Below, piece after piece: positions 34,864 to 44,371 of a DNA stretch of 64,000 nt (within the stretch, counting starts at the first letter, position 1; each line of letters starts with the position of its first letter). Both the position numbers and the translations under genes were made by a program. The stretch covers positions 3,163 through 67,162 of the forward strand of contig CACJQK010000005.1 in the NCBI GenBank assembly GCA_902595515.1, read 5' to 3'. This DNA is from an uncultured SAR116 cluster alpha proteobacterium (GTDB taxonomy: Bacteria; Pseudomonadota; Alphaproteobacteria; Puniceispirillales; Marisalimonadaceae). A model generated the notes under the pieces. It searched no databases, was not told where the DNA came from, and saw only the letters and a program-made list of their open reading frames with translations.

Positions 34864-35928
34864 ATGTTAAAGTTTAATCAAATTAGAATAATTAATTTTT
34901 TTAAGAATAAATTTTCATTTTTCTTTCTAATTTTGATAATGAGTTTAAATTTTTTTTCATGTTCACAAGAAAAATATAATGCTCAATTAAAAGGTGACAC
35001 TATGGGTACCTTTTATATTATAGAAGTTGTAAGTGTTCCAAAAAAATTGAAAATTAAAAATATTGAAAAAGAGGTTAAAGACACACTATTGAAGGCGAAT
35101 AAAATTTTATCAAATTGGGATAAAAATTCTGAAATCAGCAAAATAAACAAATTTAGTAAAACTACTCCAATAAAAATATCAGATGAATTAAATGAAGTTT
35201 TTGAAACTGCATACAAAATTAATGTTAAGACCAATGGTTTTTTTGATATAACACTTGATCCTGTAATTGAACTTTGGGGATTTGGTTATAAAAGCAATCA
35301 AATTCAAAAGGTACCTACAGAACGGCAAATTAAAAATACATTATCTCTAGTAGGTCAAAGATCACTTTTAAATATTAATTACGAAAAATATGAGATTAGA
35401 AAAAAAAATAAAGATTTAAAGATTAATCTATCATCTATTGGAAAAGGATTTGGAATTGACTTAATTGGAAGAAAATTAGATCAACTTGGAGTAAAAAATT
35501 ATTTAATCAATATTGGAGGAGACATTCTCACTAAAGGCCATAATAAAAAAAAAGAAAGTTGGATTATTGGTATTGAAAATCCAAATTTAGATGTAAAATT
35601 AATCAAAGAAATCGTTAATATAACTAACAAAGGTTTAGCCACATCAGGAGATTATAAAAATTTTTTTACTGAAAATGGTAAAAGATATTCACATATAATA
35701 AATCCTAAAACTGGAAAACCAATTACACATAAAACTAAATCAGTTACTGTAATCCATGATAATTCAATGAAAGCTGATGGATGGGCTACAGCTTTTTTAG
35801 CCTTAGGAAGAGTGGATGGATTAAAAATAGCTGAAAAAGAAAAAATCGCAGTTCTTTTTATTGATAAAATAGATGATAAACTTATAAAATTTAAAAGTAA
35901 TCAATTTGTTAATTTTAAACAAAATTGA
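34864..35928 (+). CDS. apbE: FAD:protein FMN transferase lipoprotein
   Basis: Lipobox FFSC, GDTMGT, IGKGF, ATSGDY, SHII, ADGWATA. Confidence 0.95.
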   Translation: MLKFNQIRIINFFKNKFSFFFLILIMSLNFFSCSQEKYNAQLKGDTMGTFYIIEVVSVPKKLKIKNIEKEVKDTLLKANKILSNWDKNSEISKINKFSKTTPIKISDELNEVFETAYKINVKTNGFFDITLDPVIELWGFGYKSNQIQKVPTERQIKNTLSLVGQRSLLNINYEKYEIRKKNKDLKINLSSIGKGFGIDLIGRKLDQLGVKNYLINIGGDILTKGHNKKKESWIIGIENPNLDVKLIKEIVNITNKGLATSGDYKNFFTENGKRYSHIINPKTGKPITHKTKSVTVIHDNSMKADGWATAFLALGRVDGLKIAEKEKIAVLFIDKIDDKLIKFKSNQFVNFKQN

Positions 35929-35962
35929 TTGAGATTCACGAACAAAAGTTGTAATAAGAACT

Positions 35963-36175
35963 ATGGAAATTTTTATTATAACATTCATAGTATTTCTAAT
36001 TATCATTCTAATTATGTCATTAGGCGTAATGTTAATGAATAAAAATATTAAAGGAAGTTGTGGAGGCTTGAATGCCGTCTCTGGTTCAGATAAGTGCTCA
36101 GTATGTAATAAAGATATAGATCCTAATAGTCCTTTGATAACTCAACTTAACTGTAAAAGAGCTCAAAAAATTTAA
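35963..36175 (+). CDS. nqrM: Na+-NQR maturation factor NqrM
   Basis: One TM then IKGSCGGL...CSVC...C; immediately after apbE. Confidence 0.9.
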   Translation: MEIFIITFIVFLIIILIMSLGVMLMNKNIKGSCGGLNAVSGSDKCSVCNKDIDPNSPLITQLNCKRAQKI

Positions 36176-36185
36176 CATTTTTAAT

Positions 36186-36392
36186 TTAGTTGAGCGGTAA
36201 AAATGCTAGCATCAAAAATGAAATTAAAACTATAATTCCATTAACCCATGCTTTTGTTTGCCACCCTTCTTTTTTATTTTTCCAATTTATTATAAATAAT
36301 CTTCCAAAAATAATGAATATAATTAATAAAATTAGAGCTTTTGAAGGTGAATAAGAAAAAAACTCAACAAATTTATTATAATCTGTAAACAT
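36186..36392 (-). CDS. Small hypothetical two-TM membrane protein
   Basis: 68 aa, two hydrophobic segments; starts 5 nt after the upstream EamA stop. Confidence 0.6.
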   Translation of the reverse strand: MFTDYNKFVEFFSYSPSKALILLIIFIIFGRLFIINWKNKKEGWQTKAWVNGIIVLISFLMLAFLPLN

Positions 36393-36397
36393 AAATA

Positions 36398-37294
36398 TTA
36401 TTTCAAATTTTGTACTTGATTATATTCAAAAAGATAAATTCCAATAAAAATCATTATTAATGATAATAAATGAAAAAACTTAAATTCTTCTCCTAAAAAA
36501 AATACTGCTAATAAAGAACTAAAAACTGGGACTAAGTTAGTATACAAACCAGATCTCGAAGGACCTATTTTTTCCACACCTTTCATAAAGAATATCTGTG
36601 CTAAAAATGATGGAAAGATGATTATAACTCCCAATATTGTTATTCCTTTTAGACCAGGCAAAATTAATTCATTGGATAAAGTTTCATATATTAAACCAGG
36701 AAGGGATCCTAAAAATGCTACATATGCAAAAAAAGTTAATAATGGTAAAGCACTTATTTTAGGTTTTTTTCTTAAACCAACTGCATAAATTGCATAAAAA
36801 GTACATGCAAATATCATTACAATATCACCGCTGTTTAATTCTAGTTCAATTAAATAATCGAAGTTTCCAGAACAAACAACAATCAATACTGCTATAAAAG
36901 TTATCAAAACACCCAAGAATTGTGTAAGATTGATTTTATCTTTCAACCATATCCAAGCAATTATAATTATAAATGCAGGCATTGTTCCTTGGACCAAACC
37001 AAGGTTTATAGCTATTGTATCATGTGCAGCAACATAATACGCAGAATTAAAACCAGTAAATCCAAATAAACCCATAAAAATAAGCCATTTGATTTTTTTA
37101 TTCAAAATACCCCAAGTTTCAATTAATTGATGCCTGCATAAAACAGATAAGATAATTGAAACAAAAAACCACCTCACACTGACTATTAATAAAGGTGAAA
37201 TTTCTCCTACTGCAGCTCTTCCAGCAACAGTATTAAAAGCCCAAAATATTGATGTTAGAGTTAACAGAAAATGTGGATTAGTTAAAATTGTCAT
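36398..37294 (-). CDS. DMT/EamA family transporter
   Basis: About 10 TMs, duplicated EamA pattern, NLVPVFSSLLAVFFLGE. Confidence 0.9.
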   Translation of the reverse strand: MTILTNPHFLLTLTSIFWAFNTVAGRAAVGEISPLLIVSVRWFFVSIILSVLCRHQLIETWGILNKKIKWLIFMGLFGFTGFNSAYYVAAHDTIAINLGLVQGTMPAFIIIIAWIWLKDKINLTQFLGVLITFIAVLIVVCSGNFDYLIELELNSGDIVMIFACTFYAIYAVGLRKKPKISALPLLTFFAYVAFLGSLPGLIYETLSNELILPGLKGITILGVIIIFPSFLAQIFFMKGVEKIGPSRSGLYTNLVPVFSSLLAVFFLGEEFKFFHLLSLIMIFIGIYLFEYNQVQNLK

Positions 37295-37404
37295 AAATTT
37301 TTGAGTTTATTATATTTAAATATATTGAATTAAAAAAAATTAGTTGTTATTTATCTAATATAATTCTTTTAATTCATATACAAATTTAATTTTTGGGAGA
37401 TAAA

Positions 37405-38274
37405 ATGTCAGACACACAATATTTAGCTGCTAAAACTATTGATGAAGCAGTTAATGCCCATGAAAAGGCTAATGGAAATGCAAGGTTTTTAGCTGGTGGA
37501 ACAGATTTGTTAGTTCAAATCAAAAGTGGTATTAGAAAACCTAACTTAGTTATAGACATTAAAAAAATTGTTGAGTTAAATTCCATCAATGAATTATCAG
37601 ATGGAGAATTTGAGATTGGTGCTTCAGTATCAGGGGCTAATTTAAATAGAAATTCTAAATTTGCTAAACTTTGGCCAGGTGTGTTAGAGGCATTTAGATT
37701 AATTGGATCAGAACAAATACAAGGAAGAGCATCTTTAGGTGGAAATCTGTGTAACGGTTCACCAGCTGGTGATAGTGTTCCAGCATTAATTGCAGCTGGT
37801 TGTAAGGCAGTTATTGCTGGTCCAAAAGGTAAAAAAAATGTACCAATCGAAAATTTTCATTTAGGGCCAGGAAAAACTGTTTTAGAGAATGGAGAAATGC
37901 TAGTAAGCTTAAAGTTTCCTAAACGTATGTCAAATTCCGCGGATGCTTACTTAAGAATGACACCTAGAACTGAGATGGATATTGCTGTTGTCGGTTGTGG
38001 TGTAAATATTTCACTGGAAAATGATACTTGTACTCATGCAAGAGTTTCGTTAGGTGCTGTTGCGCCAACACCCTTATTAATTGAGGAAGCCTCCGAAATT
38101 ATGCTTGGATCAAAGCTTGATGAGGATGTTTTAGATAAAGTTTCTAAAATTTGTATGGATGCTTGTAATCCAATTAATGACAAGAGAGGAACAGTTGATT
38201 ATAGAACAAAAGTTGCAGGCGTTTTGTTTAAAAGAGCTACAAAATTAGCAGCTGATAGAATTAGAGGAAATTAA
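37405..38274 (+). CDS. Xanthine dehydrogenase-family FAD-binding (medium) subunit
   Basis: AGGTDL, ASLGGNLCNGSPAGD, GAVAPTP, DKRGT; ATG at 37405 after GGGAGA. Confidence 0.92.
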   Translation: MSDTQYLAAKTIDEAVNAHEKANGNARFLAGGTDLLVQIKSGIRKPNLVIDIKKIVELNSINELSDGEFEIGASVSGANLNRNSKFAKLWPGVLEAFRLIGSEQIQGRASLGGNLCNGSPAGDSVPALIAAGCKAVIAGPKGKKNVPIENFHLGPGKTVLENGEMLVSLKFPKRMSNSADAYLRMTPRTEMDIAVVGCGVNISLENDTCTHARVSLGAVAPTPLLIEEASEIMLGSKLDEDVLDKVSKICMDACNPINDKRGTVDYRTKVAGVLFKRATKLAADRIRGN

Positions 38275-38278
38275 TATC

Positions 38279-38758
38279 ATGGCAAAAATTCAAGTTTCAA
38301 CAAAAATAAATAACGAAAATGTAGACTATTTATGTGAACCACATGATACGATGTTAGATGTTTTAAGAAACCAATTAAATTTGACTGGATCTAAAGAAAG
38401 CTGTGGTTCAGGCGATTGTGGGTCCTGCAGTGTTATTCTGGATGGTGAATTAATCTGTTCTTGTTTGATGTTAGCTGCAGAAGCAGAAGGAAGTAATATT
38501 GAAACTATTGAAGGTATGTCTGAAGGTGGAAAGCTTCATGCACTACAACAAAAGTTTCTTGAAAAAGCTGCACTTCAATGTGGCATATGTACTCCTGGTT
38601 TCTTAATGGCCTCAAAAGCCCTATTAGATAACAACCCTTCGCCAACAGAAACTGAGGTCAGATATTGGTTGGCTGGTAATCTCTGCAGATGTACAGGATA
38701 TGACAAAATTGTAAAAGCTGTACTGGAAGTTGCTGATGAAATGAAGGAGAGCGCATAA
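38279..38758 (+). CDS. Xanthine dehydrogenase-family 2x[2Fe-2S] (small) subunit
   Basis: CGSGDCGSC, QCGICTPG, NLCRCTGY. Confidence 0.94.
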   Translation: MAKIQVSTKINNENVDYLCEPHDTMLDVLRNQLNLTGSKESCGSGDCGSCSVILDGELICSCLMLAAEAEGSNIETIEGMSEGGKLHALQQKFLEKAALQCGICTPGFLMASKALLDNNPSPTETEVRYWLAGNLCRCTGYDKIVKAVLEVADEMKESA

Positions 38759-40995
38759 TGAATGAAATTAGTAACAAATGGATTGGTAAAAACACCATAA
38801 GACCTGACGGTGCTGATAAAGTTACAGGTCGAGCTCAATATTCGTCAGATACCTCAATGCCAAGTATGATTTGGGGTCATGTGCTTAGAAGCCCTCACCC
38901 TCATGCAAAGATAATATCCATTAACACCAAAAAGGCTGAAGCATTAGAGGGGGTTAAGGCAGTAATAACATCAAAGGATGTAGTTGATTTTCCTATTGAT
39001 ACTCCTGTAATACTCGGTATTCAAGATATGAGATGGATGTGTAGAAATGTAATGGCTAGAGACAAAGTTCTTTTCCATGGCCATCCTCTTGCAGCAGTTG
39101 CTGCAACTACTGAGTCAATAGCAGAAAAAGCATGTGAATTAATTGAAGTAGAGTACGAAGTTTTACCTTGGGCAATTGAGATTGATGATGCAATAAAACC
39201 TGACGCTCCTATTTTACATGATCATATTCAATTTGAAGGAAAACCGTCAAACATAGCAGGTACTCTTGAACATAAAAAAGGTAATATTGATGAAGGATTT
39301 TCAAAAGCTGATGTTATTATTGAAAGAGAATTTAAAACTGAAGCGGTGCATCAAGGTTATTTAGAAACACATTCATGTTTAGTTAGCGTAGCAGCAGATG
39401 GTAGAGCAACTATATGGAGTTCAAGTCAAGGTCAATTTATGGTAAGAGCAATGACCTCGTATTTAACTGGTATACCACAAAGTAACATAAGGGCTATACC
39501 GGCTGAAATTGGTGGAGGATTTGGAGGTAAGACTATTGTTTACCTTGAGCCACTGGCTACAATTTTATCACAAAAAACAGGTCGTCCAGTTAAAATTGTT
39601 ATGAATAGAGAAGATACAATGAGAGCATCTGGGCCAACTTCAGGCTCTAAAAGTAAAATAAAAATTGGTGCTACTAATGATGGAAAAATTGTTGCAGCGC
39701 AAGGAACATATTATTTACAAGCTGGAGCATTTCCTGGTTCTCCGATTAGAGGTGCAGTAGGATGTTCTCTTGCACCATATGATATTCCTAATGCCCATAC
39801 TTTTGGGTATGACGTTGTATCAAACAGATGTAAAGTTGCTGCTTACAGAGCACCTGGAGCACCTATAGGGGCATATGGCGTGGAGTGTGTATTAGATGAA
39901 ATTGCTGAAAAACTAAAAATGTGTCCTTTAGAATTAAGAAAAATTAATGCTGCAAAAGAAGGTACGCAAGCAGTACACGGACCAACCTACCCACAGATGG
40001 GATACTTAGAAACTGTTGAAGCTGCAATAAATCATCCTCATTATAAAGCTCCTTTAGGAAAGTATCAAGGTCGTGGAGTTGCAAGTGGTTTTTGGTTTAA
40101 CGCTGGTGGAGAATCAAGCGCACAATTAAATATTACTGAAGACGGAAATGTTGTTGTTACAACTGGTCATCCAGATATTGGAGGCTCAAGAGCATCAATA
40201 GCTAATATTACTGCAGAATTGTTAGGTATTCATCACGATAAAGTATCTGTTTTAATTGGCGACACTGCAACAATTGGATACAGCAATCTTACTGGAGGAA
40301 GCAGAGTTTTATTTGCATCAGCTATGGTTGTAACTGAGTCTGCTAAAATAGTAATTAAACAATTAAAACAAAGGGCTGCTAAAATTTGGGGTATAGATGA
40401 AGAAGCTATCGATTGGGAAAATGGAGAAGCCAGACCTGCCGGTGATAATGCAGGAAAATTTGCTCCTCTTACATTAGCTGAATTAGCCGAAAAAGCCACT
40501 GCTACCGGCGGTCCAATTGGAGCTGGATATCAAGTTAACACTGAAGGTGCCGAAGGCGGCTTTGCAACACATATTTGTGATGTTGAAGTAGATATGGACC
40601 TTGGTATTATAAGGGTAAAGCGCTATACATCTATACAAGACGTAGGTAAAGCAATTCATCCTGATTACGTGGAAGGACAACTTCATGGCGGTTGTGTTCA
40701 AGGTATTGGGTGGGCTTTAAGCGAAGAATATATCTACAATGAAAATGGTCATTTGGATAATACTGGATTTTTGGATTATAGAATGCCTGTTTGTTCAGAT
40801 TTACCAATGTTAGATACTGTATTAATTGAAATCCCTAACCCAAAACATCCACAAGGAGTAAGAGGTGTAGGTGAAGTACCTTTAGTACCACCTTTAGCGG
40901 CTATATCAAATGCAGTTTATCAAGCAATAGGGAAACGTTCATATAGTCTTCCAATGTCGCCACCCAAAGTTTTGAAAATTATTGAAGGTAACTAA
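38758..40995 (+). CDS. Xanthine dehydrogenase-family molybdopterin-binding (large) subunit, substrate unknown
   Basis: KVTGRA, GGGFGGK, active-site loop AYRAPG, GGSR, RGVGE catalytic Glu. Confidence 0.92.
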   Translation: MNEISNKWIGKNTIRPDGADKVTGRAQYSSDTSMPSMIWGHVLRSPHPHAKIISINTKKAEALEGVKAVITSKDVVDFPIDTPVILGIQDMRWMCRNVMARDKVLFHGHPLAAVAATTESIAEKACELIEVEYEVLPWAIEIDDAIKPDAPILHDHIQFEGKPSNIAGTLEHKKGNIDEGFSKADVIIEREFKTEAVHQGYLETHSCLVSVAADGRATIWSSSQGQFMVRAMTSYLTGIPQSNIRAIPAEIGGGFGGKTIVYLEPLATILSQKTGRPVKIVMNREDTMRASGPTSGSKSKIKIGATNDGKIVAAQGTYYLQAGAFPGSPIRGAVGCSLAPYDIPNAHTFGYDVVSNRCKVAAYRAPGAPIGAYGVECVLDEIAEKLKMCPLELRKINAAKEGTQAVHGPTYPQMGYLETVEAAINHPHYKAPLGKYQGRGVASGFWFNAGGESSAQLNITEDGNVVVTTGHPDIGGSRASIANITAELLGIHHDKVSVLIGDTATIGYSNLTGGSRVLFASAMVVTESAKIVIKQLKQRAAKIWGIDEEAIDWENGEARPAGDNAGKFAPLTLAELAEKATATGGPIGAGYQVNTEGAEGGFATHICDVEVDMDLGIIRVKRYTSIQDVGKAIHPDYVEGQLHGGCVQGIGWALSEEYIYNENGHLDNTGFLDYRMPVCSDLPMLDTVLIEIPNPKHPQGVRGVGEVPLVPPLAAISNAVYQAIGKRSYSLPMSPPKVLKIIEGN

Positions 40996-41020
40996 TTATA
41001 AAAGATTTATTTATTGATAA

Positions 41021-41971
41021 ATGAATCAAGATAATAAAACTTTGATATTGTTAGCTTATTTTTCTGCATTTTTAGGCGTTTGTGGCCACGCTAGCTCTGA
41101 ATTCTTTGTAAAACTCTCAGGAATATCTGGAGTAGAAGTTTCTGTTTGGAGATTTGGTTTAGGTGGTTTTGCCTTATTAATATTATGCTTAATCAATCCA
41201 ACATCGAGAAACTTAATTATACCACTTAAAAAAGACCCCTACCCGATTGTTATTCTTTCAGTTTTTGGGATGGCATTTGGACAATTTTTATTTCATTGGG
41301 CTTTAGATTTTGCATCAGTAGTTCAAGTCGCCACTATGGTTACAATAATGCCAATAGGAGTGGTTTTCGTAGCTCGTATAATTGAAGGAACTAAAATTAC
41401 ACCTCCAAAAATAATAAGTGGAATTGGAGCTTTTTTGGGGTGTATTTTTTTACTTACTGACGGATACTTAGAACAACTCAGTGGAGCTGGTGATAGTATC
41501 TTGGGAATTTATTTATCAATTGGATGCGCTTTAGTAGGAGCAATTTACCTTGTTATTGTAAAGCCTTATGTTCAAGTTTATGGACCTATTAGGATGACCA
41601 CGTACACTTTTGTACTGGCCTTCATAGCTTTATATCCGTCTATAGGCATAATTTGGAGTATATGGGTAAATCCATTTGATCTTTTCGATAGAACACATAT
41701 TGAGTATATGTCCATAATTACTCTTGGAGTTTGGAACACTTGTTTAGCATTTATACTTTGGTTGTGGGGATTATCCAAAATTCCTGATGTAGCAAAAGGA
41801 AATTATTTGTTTTTCTTAAAACCTGTAATTGCTTTAGGATTGGCATTTTTTATCCTTGAAGATGAAATTACAATTAATCAATTAATAGCAATTTTCGTAA
41901 TAACTGGATTTGTGATGTTAGAAATTTTTTATGACACAATTTCTAATTTTTTTAAATTAAATAGAAATTAA
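41021..41971 (+). CDS. DMT/EamA family transporter
   Basis: About 10 TMs, FFLKPVIALGLAFFILED; 25 nt after the Mo subunit. Confidence 0.88.
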   Translation: MNQDNKTLILLAYFSAFLGVCGHASSEFFVKLSGISGVEVSVWRFGLGGFALLILCLINPTSRNLIIPLKKDPYPIVILSVFGMAFGQFLFHWALDFASVVQVATMVTIMPIGVVFVARIIEGTKITPPKIISGIGAFLGCIFLLTDGYLEQLSGAGDSILGIYLSIGCALVGAIYLVIVKPYVQVYGPIRMTTYTFVLAFIALYPSIGIIWSIWVNPFDLFDRTHIEYMSIITLGVWNTCLAFILWLWGLSKIPDVAKGNYLFFLKPVIALGLAFFILEDEITINQLIAIFVITGFVMLEIFYDTISNFFKLNRN

Positions 41972-42119
41972 TTAAATCTGATAGAAAAAATATTTAACTT
42001 GATATAAGAATATTACATATTTTACCAAAAAATTAGCTGTCTTATGAAAATCAGGATAATTATACAAGACTTAATAGACTTAAATTTAGCTAAAACATCA
42101 TTAAATATTAAATCTACTT

Positions 42120-43406
42120 ATGAAAAATAAATCTATTAAAAACAATTATATACCCGAAGAAATTAAATTTGATAATGAATTCAATGATATTTATAATCTA
42201 ATGGAATATTCTAAACAAAATATTTTTATTACTGGCAAAGCCGGCGCAGGTAAAACAACTTTATTAGAATATTTTAGAAAGAATTCAAAAAAAAATTTTG
42301 TGATTTTAGCATCAACAGGAATATCTGCTATTAAGGCAAAAGGCAAAACTATTCATTCTTTTTTTCTTTTTCCACCAAGAATATTAATAAATGAAAAAAT
42401 AAAAAGGTTGCGAAGTAAAGTAATAAGTAAAATTGATACTATTTTAATTGATGAATGCTCTATGATAAGATGTGATGTTCTTGATGCTATAGATCAATCA
42501 CTAAGATTAAATAGAAATAGCAATAAAAGCTTTGGTGGCATTCAAATTATTCTTTTAGGAGACTTACATCAACTTCCGCCAGTAATAAGGGAAAATGAAA
42601 GAGAAATTTTTAATAATTTTTATCCTGTTGGCCATTATTTTTTTAATGCTAATTGCTTTAAAGAAAGTAATATTAAAACCTATGAATTAACAAAAGTTCT
42701 TAGACAAAAAGATAAAAATTTTATAAATATACTCAATAATATTAGATCTGGAAAAGTAAAAGATAATGATCTTGAAGTATTAAATAACAGAGTTATTAAT
42801 CAAAACTCTGACATTCCGTCAGAGACAATCATATTGTCACCTACAAATAAAAGAGTGGATTCAATAAATAATCTAAACCTTCAAAACATAAATAGCAAAA
42901 CATTTTCTTATGAGTCATCTGAAACTGGTGACTTCAAAGAAAAACCAGCTGATGAAATTCTTGAGCTAAAAGTTGGGGCTCAAGTAATGTTAATTAAAAA
43001 TGACTTTAAATCTCCAAAAAGATGGGTAAATGGCTCAATTGGTGTAGTTACTCAATTAACAGAAAACTCTATTCAATTAAAAATAAAAAATAAAATATAT
43101 GAAATTAAACAAGATACTTGGGAAAAATTTGATTATTTAATTAAAGATGGTCAAGTTGTACATGAAGTTGTAGCAACTTTTACTCAATACCCTATCAAAC
43201 TAGCATGGGCTGTGACAATTCATAAAAGCCAAGGTCAAACATTTGAAAAAGCTATTATAGATCTAGATAGAGGCTCATTTGCTCCTGGACAAACCTATGT
43301 CGCATTAAGTAGAGTAACCTCTATGGATGGTCTTTTTTTAACTCGAAAAATTAATGTTTCTGATGTGGTTTTTGATAAAAATATTGAAAATTATTTTCTC
43401 TATTGA
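42120..43406 (+). CDS. Pif1-family SF1B DNA helicase
   Basis: TGKAGAGKT, IDECSM, FGGIQIILLGDLHQLPPV, RQKD, QYPIKLAWAVTIHKSQGQT, GQTYVALSR. Confidence 0.9.
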   Translation: MKNKSIKNNYIPEEIKFDNEFNDIYNLMEYSKQNIFITGKAGAGKTTLLEYFRKNSKKNFVILASTGISAIKAKGKTIHSFFLFPPRILINEKIKRLRSKVISKIDTILIDECSMIRCDVLDAIDQSLRLNRNSNKSFGGIQIILLGDLHQLPPVIRENEREIFNNFYPVGHYFFNANCFKESNIKTYELTKVLRQKDKNFINILNNIRSGKVKDNDLEVLNNRVINQNSDIPSETIILSPTNKRVDSINNLNLQNINSKTFSYESSETGDFKEKPADEILELKVGAQVMLIKNDFKSPKRWVNGSIGVVTQLTENSIQLKIKNKIYEIKQDTWEKFDYLIKDGQVVHEVVATFTQYPIKLAWAVTIHKSQGQTFEKAIIDLDRGSFAPGQTYVALSRVTSMDGLFLTRKINVSDVVFDKNIENYFLY

Positions 43407-44350
43407 TTTTTTGTTTTTATTTGTTCTCGAAATGCAATCAAAATGCCCGAAGAAGCAATTAAAAACATTCCAAAAGCATTTAAATAACTAGGCCAAACTC
43501 CAAAAAATACTTTGCCCCAAATAGTTGCAAAAACTAAATACGAATAATCCATTGGAGCCAACCAACTACTTTCAGCTGTCTGATAAGCTTTAGCTAAGAG
43601 AATGTTACCAGTAATATTTAATATTGAACATGATAAACAAAATGAGAAAACAATGAAAGTTAATAAAGGCCATCCTATAAAAACAAATGGACTTGTATCT
43701 CTATACATAGAATCCTTATAAATAAACTCAAAAAACAATATTCCTAAAGAAGCAGAAGTAAAAAACATTATACCAACTGCCAAAGTAAGAGACATAACAG
43801 ATTCTTCTCTACAATATTTTCTGATAAGAATAATATTACATGCAAAGAAAAAACCAGCCATTATAGGTAGTATTTGCAATAAAGAAAAATTTTCAGACCA
43901 TGGCTCTAAAATCAATAAAGCGCCAGAACTACCTAATATCAACGCAATAATTCTCCATATCCCAATCCTTTCATTAAGAAAAATTATTGCTAACAAAGAA
44001 ACAAAAATTGGGAAAGTGTAAAGACCAGCTGCCATCTGTGCGAAACTTAATTTTGGAGATGCTGCAAAGAAGCAAAACATGCAAGTAGTCATCGTAAGAG
44101 CCCTAAAATATACAGGCTTCCAGTTGACAGGAATTAGAAGATGAATACCGTTAGTAAACTTAGCTATCGATATTAATAATATAATATTTCCAATTGATCT
44201 AATAAATTGTAACTACCAAAAACTTGTTTCACTCGACATAAATTTAATTAGACTATCTTGCAGGGATAAAATTATTACTCCTAAAACCAGCATTGATAAT
44301 GAAGAAACGGGATTATCTTTTAGTTGTGGATTTAAAAAATCAAATCTCAC
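43400..44350 (-). pseudogene. DMT/EamA transporter interrupted by an in-frame TAG at 44213-44215 (or sequence error)
   Basis: One frame from GTG 44350: MRFDFLNPQLKDNPVSSLSMLVLGVIILSLQDSLIKFMSSETSFW*LQFIRS... continuing into the 230-aa track ORF (LAPMDYSYL). Confidence 0.8.
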
Positions 44351-44371
44351 TTTTTAGAGACCTTATCATGA

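Noticed and set aside
37405-40995. Aerobic CO dehydrogenase (coxMSL)
   Set aside because: Active-site loop is AYRAPG without the Cu-binding Cys, and no coxDEFG genes are adjacent
42044-42130. 28-codon ORF (MKIRIIIQDL...) overlapping the helicase start
   Set aside because: No SD or motif; compatible with chance
44213-44215. Genome-wide TAG reassignment or pyrrolysine
   Set aside because: TAG ends pdhC, pdhB, ftsB and kdsA at their expected C-termini; only one internal TAG was found
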